From the IMG/VR virus record IMGVR_UViG_3300020160_002689, positions 20,134 to 84,133 of that record: a stretch of DNA of 64,000 nucleotides; one strand, written 5' to 3'. Shown piece after piece: positions 58,973 to 64,000 of this stretch. Origin of the DNA: a virus. Lineage: Duplodnaviria; Heunggongvirae; Uroviricota; Caudoviricetes. Position numbers and translations under genes: made by a program. Within the stretch, counting starts at the first letter, position 1, and every line of letters begins with the position of its first letter. The notes below the pieces were generated by a model. It made no database searches, was not told the DNA's origin, and saw only the letters and a program-made list of their open reading frames with translations.

Positions 58973-60064
58973 ATGACACAAAATGAAATTTTAAACCCAG
59001 AATTAGGTAACCCAGACTTTGACCTTTTATATGCAGAAGATACATATAAAAAAGGACAAAAGTTACAAGATAAATACCTTGATTCACTTTATGACTCTAT
59101 TCAAATAGAGACCCCTTCTGCTGGTTCAGTAGTAAGATCTACTTATTTGGGTATGATGTCCAATCAATATGTGTTCAGTGTTGTTGGTTACAAAGATGAT
59201 GTTCGTATTGAGAACAAACCAGGTGAAGCAAAATATCTTAACTCCATTGAAGTTGGAGAACAAGTTGATTTGTTAATCACTGAGGTAGTACAAAGTACTT
59301 ACTTCATCAAAGGAAGTATTGCTTCTTTATATGAATCTAGAGCTCATGAAAATATGAAGTCTTTAGAGGAAGGAGAATCAGTAACTGCTTATATTAGAGC
59401 ATTAAACCCTGCAGGTTATGATGTAGAGTTGACAAATGGAGGAGTTACTCTTCCTGCATTTATGCCTAATACCTTAGCAGGTATCAACAAACTTTATGAC
59501 CCAAGTTCTATTATTGGAGATACATTCCAAGTAATGGTTGAGTCATTCTCTGAACACGAAGGAACTTACATAGTAAGTCGTAGAAAGTATCTACAAAGCT
59601 TGATTCCTGATGAAATCAGTAATCTTGAGTTTAATACTCTATATTCAGGTAGAGTTACTGGTACTACACCATTTGGTATCTTTGTTGAGTTTAATGAATG
59701 TCTAACAGGTATGATCCACAAAGCTAATGTAACAGAAGAGTGGCAAAACAGAATTTCTGAAATCAAACCGGGACAACAAATTGAATTCTATATCAAAGAA
59801 ATCATTAAAGATAAAATTATACTTACTCAAGTTTTGAGAGAAACTTTGTGGGATAATATCAAAAATGGTCAATTGATTGAAGGTAGAGTAAAAGATGTTA
59901 AACAATTTGGTACTTTAGTTATCTTAGATGATGAAACAGTTGGATTAATCCACACATCAGAAATGGAGAAACTTGGTAAGAGATTCACATCTGGACAAGA
60001 TATTAGAGTGAAAGTTTTGAGTGTTGACCGCTCATCAAGAAAAATCTTTCTTACTCTTGGATAA
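58973..60064 (+). CDS. S1-domain protein (ribosomal protein S1-like, multiple S1 repeats)
   Basis: Repeated S1 cores (GRVTGTTPFGIFVEF...GMIHKANV; GQLIEGRVKDVKQFGTLVILDDETVGLIHTSEM; GEQVDLLITEVVQST). Confidence 0.65.
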   Translation: MTQNEILNPELGNPDFDLLYAEDTYKKGQKLQDKYLDSLYDSIQIETPSAGSVVRSTYLGMMSNQYVFSVVGYKDDVRIENKPGEAKYLNSIEVGEQVDLLITEVVQSTYFIKGSIASLYESRAHENMKSLEEGESVTAYIRALNPAGYDVELTNGGVTLPAFMPNTLAGINKLYDPSSIIGDTFQVMVESFSEHEGTYIVSRRKYLQSLIPDEISNLEFNTLYSGRVTGTTPFGIFVEFNECLTGMIHKANVTEEWQNRISEIKPGQQIEFYIKEIIKDKIILTQVLRETLWDNIKNGQLIEGRVKDVKQFGTLVILDDETVGLIHTSEMEKLGKRFTSGQDIRVKVLSVDRSSRKIFLTLG

Positions 60065-60077
60065 TATCTAATTCAAA

Positions 60078-60112
60078 TAAAGGCCTCATATTTTAATATG
60101 AGGCCTTTTTTA
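60078..60112 (+). terminator. rho-independent terminator
   Basis: AAGGCCTCATAT-ttta-ATATGAGGCCTT followed by TTTTTT. Confidence 0.65.
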
Positions 60113-60242
60113 TATTTCTATTTGTATAACTACATAATGGTTGAAAATTTTTATAATGATTCAATCTATAAATATCTTCTTTGGATTTGGCACTTGACAT
60201 TTTTTCATAACATATATATTAAAAAAATCTTTCTTCCCTAAA

Positions 60243-60279
60243 TAAAAAAACCTCATATGAAAATATGAGGTTTTTTTTA
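60243..60279. terminator. terminator hairpin (paralog of 60078)
   Basis: AACCTCATAT-gaaa-ATATGAGGTT followed by T8; shares the CCTCATAT...ATATGAGG core with the other hairpin. Confidence 0.55.
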
Positions 60280-60291
60280 TATCTTTTTTAA

Positions 60292-60516
60292 TTATATTAT
60301 ATGAATTCCTTTTTCATCATTTGAAACCATCTTATCAAATGCTCTTCCTATCTTCCACCAACCTTCATCATTACTTGATCCAACTGGTTCATGTCTTGAT
60401 ACATTCTCTCTGGATAAACAAATTAGTATAGGAAATTCAAAATGGCTTTCAATATATTCTGCTGTTCTTCTTGCCACATCTAAATCATCTGTATCTAAAA
60501 TAGATTGATATGCCAA
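60292..60516 (-). CDS. hypothetical protein
   Basis: 74 aa. Confidence 0.35.
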   Translation of the reverse strand: MAYQSILDTDDLDVARRTAEYIESHFEFPILICLSRENVSRHEPVGSSNDEGWWKIGRAFDKMVSNDEKGIHII

Positions 60517-60606
60517 ACCTAAATGCGATGCTCCTTGTGGTTTAACCCACCAATCAACATCTAAACTATTAAAAGTTTCTAAAGACTCTAACCAGAAAGG
60601 TTTTTA

Positions 60607-62508
60607 TTACTTTTTACCTTTTTTGTCAGTAGTTTCTTCAACTGCTGGAATGTCAATAACATTACTATTATTTGCAGGTTTCATACCTTTACCCATCATT
60701 TCCATGATTTGCATCCCAAGTAATCCATCTAATGAACCATTACCACCTTGTCCACCACCATTGATTAATAAGTCAGGCATAATTTTCACTTTACCTTTAC
60801 CAATCTCTTCTGTTACTTTGAATGTAGTAAAGTTATCTTTACCCATTGCATTAACTGCTAATTCATATGCCTTAGCAGTTGAAGTACCTACTGCCAAGAT
60901 AGCATTTGCATCAGCTTCTCCAAGAAGAGTTTTCTTAGTAGCTTCAGCTTCAGCATTTAATTTAGTTGCCTCAGCATTAGCTTCAGCTGCAATTTTTACT
61001 GAGCTTGCAGCACCAGTTGCTTTTTTAACTTCTGCATCTGCAATTTTTTCAGAAATCTCAACACCTTGATTTGCTTTTACAACTTCACTTTGCATATCTG
61101 CAATTGCAGTCTCTTTTTCAAGAGTTTGTCTTTGGATTTGAGCCATTTTTTGTGTCTCATAAGTTGTTTTTTGTTCTTCTGCAATTTTACGATCAGTTAA
61201 TGTTTTCATCAATGATTCTGGTGGTGTAATATCACCAATTAATGTATCAACTGCATGAACATTGTACTCTTCAAGTACAGATGAAATAGCTTGTTTAGCA
61301 GCATCTTGTCTTGATTGACGAGTAGATAAGAATGCAATAACATCTGAATTTTGTGCAGAGTTACGGAAGTAGTTACCAATTGTTGGCTCTAATACTTGAG
61401 ATACAAGTGCTTGTGTAGAACCAAAACGTGCAATTACTTTTGGAGCTTCTGCCATAGGAATATGAATAATTTGAGATACATCTAAGTTAAATGGGAAACC
61501 ATCTTTAGAACGTACAGTAATTGTACTCAATCCTTTATCTAAATTATGAGATTCAGTTCTTGCATTTGCCCAGTTAAGTACAAGGTTAGTTGTAGGTACA
61601 ATCTCAATTGTATTAGTATATACATTAATTGCATATTTACCAGGTCCTAATGGTTCGGCCCAAACACCTTTTTGTCCTTTAGATACTAAGTTACCATGTT
61701 TAAATCCAGCACCAGTTACATCAACACCATCTGCACCAACATAAGAAATAACAACACCACAATGACCAATTGGAATTTCTGTCATTTGTACTTCTTCAAC
61801 TTGAACAGCCCAAGGATTAAGGTTGTAAGATCCTGCTTGAATAACTTGAGTTTGTAAACCTCTGTTACCACCACTTGATAAGAATGTATCAAAATCTTGA
61901 AAGTTATTATGTCCTTCCACTTTATCACCAGCAATTTGGTCTTTACTAAGTGGCTCACCATCTAATGTAGTAACAATACCCACCATATTCTCTTGTACAC
62001 TTACTTGTTTTGTAGTTGATATTTCAAATAAGAATGTATTGATTTTATAACTACCATTTGTAATATAAGCTGCTTGACGGCCTTTCTGACCACCATTTTT
62101 AATAAATGCTTCTGCATCTTGATAATCTTCACACTCAACTCTACGACCTAAGATACGTCCTGTTTGTGGAACTTTACCATCTTTAGCTGAAATCAAACCA
62201 ATGTGTCCTTCTGGAATAACTATAAATCCTTGCATATCAACAGAGTATTGCCAAGGCCACATCCACCAGTGTAAACCGGTCTCTAACATTTTTGCTTGTA
62301 AACCTGCTTCTCCATTTACTGCAATAATTCTATCACCACTTAATTCTTTGTTTGCACCAAAAAGAACAAACTTTTTTGTTACTAGACCAACTTTGTTCTC
62401 AGGAACAATAACCAATCCGAAAAATACTCTTAGTATAAATTTATACAATACTAAAGAGAACACAAGGGCAATAGCCCACCAATAATTAGCTAAAAAGTCT
62501 AATACCAT
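60607..62508 (-). CDS. SPFH/Band-7 flotillin-like membrane protein
   Basis: N-terminal transmembrane helix, PHB/SPFH core, long Ala/Glu/Lys heptad coiled-coil (AEAEATKK repeats) and a Gly-rich C-terminus; 633 aa. Confidence 0.7.
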   Translation of the reverse strand: MVLDFLANYWWAIALVFSLVLYKFILRVFFGLVIVPENKVGLVTKKFVLFGANKELSGDRIIAVNGEAGLQAKMLETGLHWWMWPWQYSVDMQGFIVIPEGHIGLISAKDGKVPQTGRILGRRVECEDYQDAEAFIKNGGQKGRQAAYITNGSYKINTFLFEISTTKQVSVQENMVGIVTTLDGEPLSKDQIAGDKVEGHNNFQDFDTFLSSGGNRGLQTQVIQAGSYNLNPWAVQVEEVQMTEIPIGHCGVVISYVGADGVDVTGAGFKHGNLVSKGQKGVWAEPLGPGKYAINVYTNTIEIVPTTNLVLNWANARTESHNLDKGLSTITVRSKDGFPFNLDVSQIIHIPMAEAPKVIARFGSTQALVSQVLEPTIGNYFRNSAQNSDVIAFLSTRQSRQDAAKQAISSVLEEYNVHAVDTLIGDITPPESLMKTLTDRKIAEEQKTTYETQKMAQIQRQTLEKETAIADMQSEVVKANQGVEISEKIADAEVKKATGAASSVKIAAEANAEATKLNAEAEATKKTLLGEADANAILAVGTSTAKAYELAVNAMGKDNFTTFKVTEEIGKGKVKIMPDLLINGGGQGGNGSLDGLLGMQIMEMMGKGMKPANNSNVIDIPAVEETTDKKGKK

Positions 62509-62555
62509 AATTTTGTTTTTTGTTTTTAATTTTTAATTTTTTGTTGAAATTAGTG

Positions 62556-63155
62556 TCAACAAATCACTTTTTGAAATTGGTCTTTTTTATAAAAAACTCC
62601 ATCTTCTATAGATAAATCATCACAAGTATTATTAAGATATATTCTACCACATAATTTTATTAAGTAACTTTCCGGAAAGTTACTCTTTAGTTTATTTATA
62701 TCTCTATGTACCCATTGTACATTAGTTTTGATATATCCTAATGTACTATCAATTCTATCTAAAGTTGCAGTTTTATATTTCTTACTACCACATTTCTTAT
62801 TGAAATAAATTTCTATATTTGATAGTTTACATTTCTTATTTTGTTTTAAAAATAAATTCCATAAAAAATCAATATCTAAATCAAAATCTAATTTTCTATA
62901 TCTTGCACTTGATTTTATAGTTGTAAATAAATCAGAAGGTATCTCACCAGAACCCCTCCAAGATTTATGATTATATCCAAAATTACTATCATTATACTTA
63001 TCTATACATCCTTTACAATAGGTCTGATTCTTTATCTGAGAATTTCTAAAAGAATATACCCTACCACAATTATGTTCTGCTAACCAATAACCTTTCTTAT
63101 CTACTTTTTCAATTAATTTAAATCCATTTATTATATCATTTTCTTTCCATTTCAT
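62556..63155 (-). CDS. HNH homing endonuclease
   Basis: ATLDRIDSTLGYIKTNVQWVHRDINKLK is an HNH core as in I-HmuI-type enzymes. Confidence 0.6.
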   Translation of the reverse strand: MKWKENDIINGFKLIEKVDKKGYWLAEHNCGRVYSFRNSQIKNQTYCKGCIDKYNDSNFGYNHKSWRGSGEIPSDLFTTIKSSARYRKLDFDLDIDFLWNLFLKQNKKCKLSNIEIYFNKKCGSKKYKTATLDRIDSTLGYIKTNVQWVHRDINKLKSNFPESYLIKLCGRIYLNNTCDDLSIEDGVFYKKDQFQKVIC

Positions 63156-63229
63156 AAAATAGTTTTAATTTTATATATTAAATACATAACACTACCTTAT
63201 AAAAAATTATCTACTATGTATTTATATTT

Positions 63230-63946
63230 TTAATTTTCAATAAGTTTTAAAATATCTTTTAAAGGCATATCTAATAACTTATCATAGTCATTAATCTCTA
63301 AATCCATATTTTTACCCAATTGTTTTACTGTCCATTCAACAATATTTAAATGGTGTCTGTTACCATCAAGTATTGATTTTGATAAAAATTTCATGAGTTC
63401 TTTATTTTTATTCTCAACAAAGTCAATTTTCTTTAAATTTTTGAAATCTGACCTTGTTACTTTATCAGGAACATCATTTAACACTTGTTCAAGTGTCATT
63501 TCTCTTGCTTCATCTGTTGGCATTCTTTCAAATCTCCATTGACTAAAAAGTAACTTTCTAGAAACTCCTTCAAATCTAACATAGTTTTCATATGATGTTT
63601 GTAAAGTCCCATTATAACTCATATATTGTTTTGATGTGGTTGATAATTCTTTTATCTTATACATTTTATCTCTCATAAGACTTTTATAGTTATCACTTCT
63701 ACAAAATAAAATATCACCTTTAGAAAGTTCTTTAAAATCTAATGAAAATCTATCTCTCTTTTCAAGTTTTATTTCTTTTTTTGGTAGAGGTTTTCCATCA
63801 ATTTCAAAATTATTTACACTATACCAACCTATATTATCAATATAAACTCTACCAACACAAGTAGGATCAATGTTTTTTAAAGCAATTGCTTTATATAAAA
63901 CACCTTTTACCAATTTTATAGTTGCTTTTTTACAAATTACTACCAT
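63230..63946 (-). CDS. hypothetical protein
   Basis: 238 aa. Confidence 0.45.
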   Translation of the reverse strand: MVVICKKATIKLVKGVLYKAIALKNIDPTCVGRVYIDNIGWYSVNNFEIDGKPLPKKEIKLEKRDRFSLDFKELSKGDILFCRSDNYKSLMRDKMYKIKELSTTSKQYMSYNGTLQTSYENYVRFEGVSRKLLFSQWRFERMPTDEAREMTLEQVLNDVPDKVTRSDFKNLKKIDFVENKNKELMKFLSKSILDGNRHHLNIVEWTVKQLGKNMDLEINDYDKLLDMPLKDILKLIEN

Positions 63947-64000
63947 TAGTCTAACATTGTTTTTTTAATATTACCTTTTTCTTTTAATTTCTTGAATGAA

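Noticed and set aside
60623-62485. +strand ORFs (60623..61069, 62201..62485) opposite the flotillin gene
   Set aside because: Antisense to the SPFH gene. The Ala/Ser-rich translation is the mirror of the EA-repeat coiled coil.

Overview
This 64-kb window is AT-rich (I estimate about 30% GC) and is densely packed with short genes on both strands. I read it as part of the genome of a large virulent tailed dsDNA bacteriophage. Phage origin is supported by three very large repeat-rich tail-fibre-like genes (two of them paralogs), a phage-type sigma factor, seven homing-endonuclease genes (GIY-YIG, HNH and LAGLIDADG) and two minus-strand tRNA arrays with GIY-YIG and HNH genes embedded in them, much like segB in the T4 tRNA region. 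The recognisable content is: four DNA methyltransferases (two C5-cytosine, two N6-adenine, one truncated at the window start); an SF2 helicase with an Mrr-type nuclease; a NADAR domain protein; an NAD-dependent DNA ligase; thioredoxin; dephospho-CoA kinase; a GatB/YqeY protein; an SPFH/flotillin-like membrane protein; and a group of tRNA- and translation-related genes. That group contains about 27 tRNA or tRNA-like genes, a Thg1-like tRNA 5'-guanylyltransferase, an RtcB-type RNA ligase, SmpB, an S1-domain ribosomal-protein-like protein and Pol-beta-fold nucleotidyltransferases. Many canonical tRNAs sit next to aberrant paralogs (odd D-arms, 6-nt anticodon loops, insertions, mismatched acceptor stems) and there are duplicated tRNA-Glu copies flanking a GIY-YIG gene. 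The tRNA folds and anticodons were worked out by eye only and several remain uncertain; tRNAscan-SE or ARAGORN should be run. A recurring TTAATATATA(T)AGTACAAAATAA-like motif upstream of many genes on both strands is a candidate phage promoter. A large structural gene appears to continue in the -1 frame across an A5 run. Roughly half of the proteins have no recognisable function.
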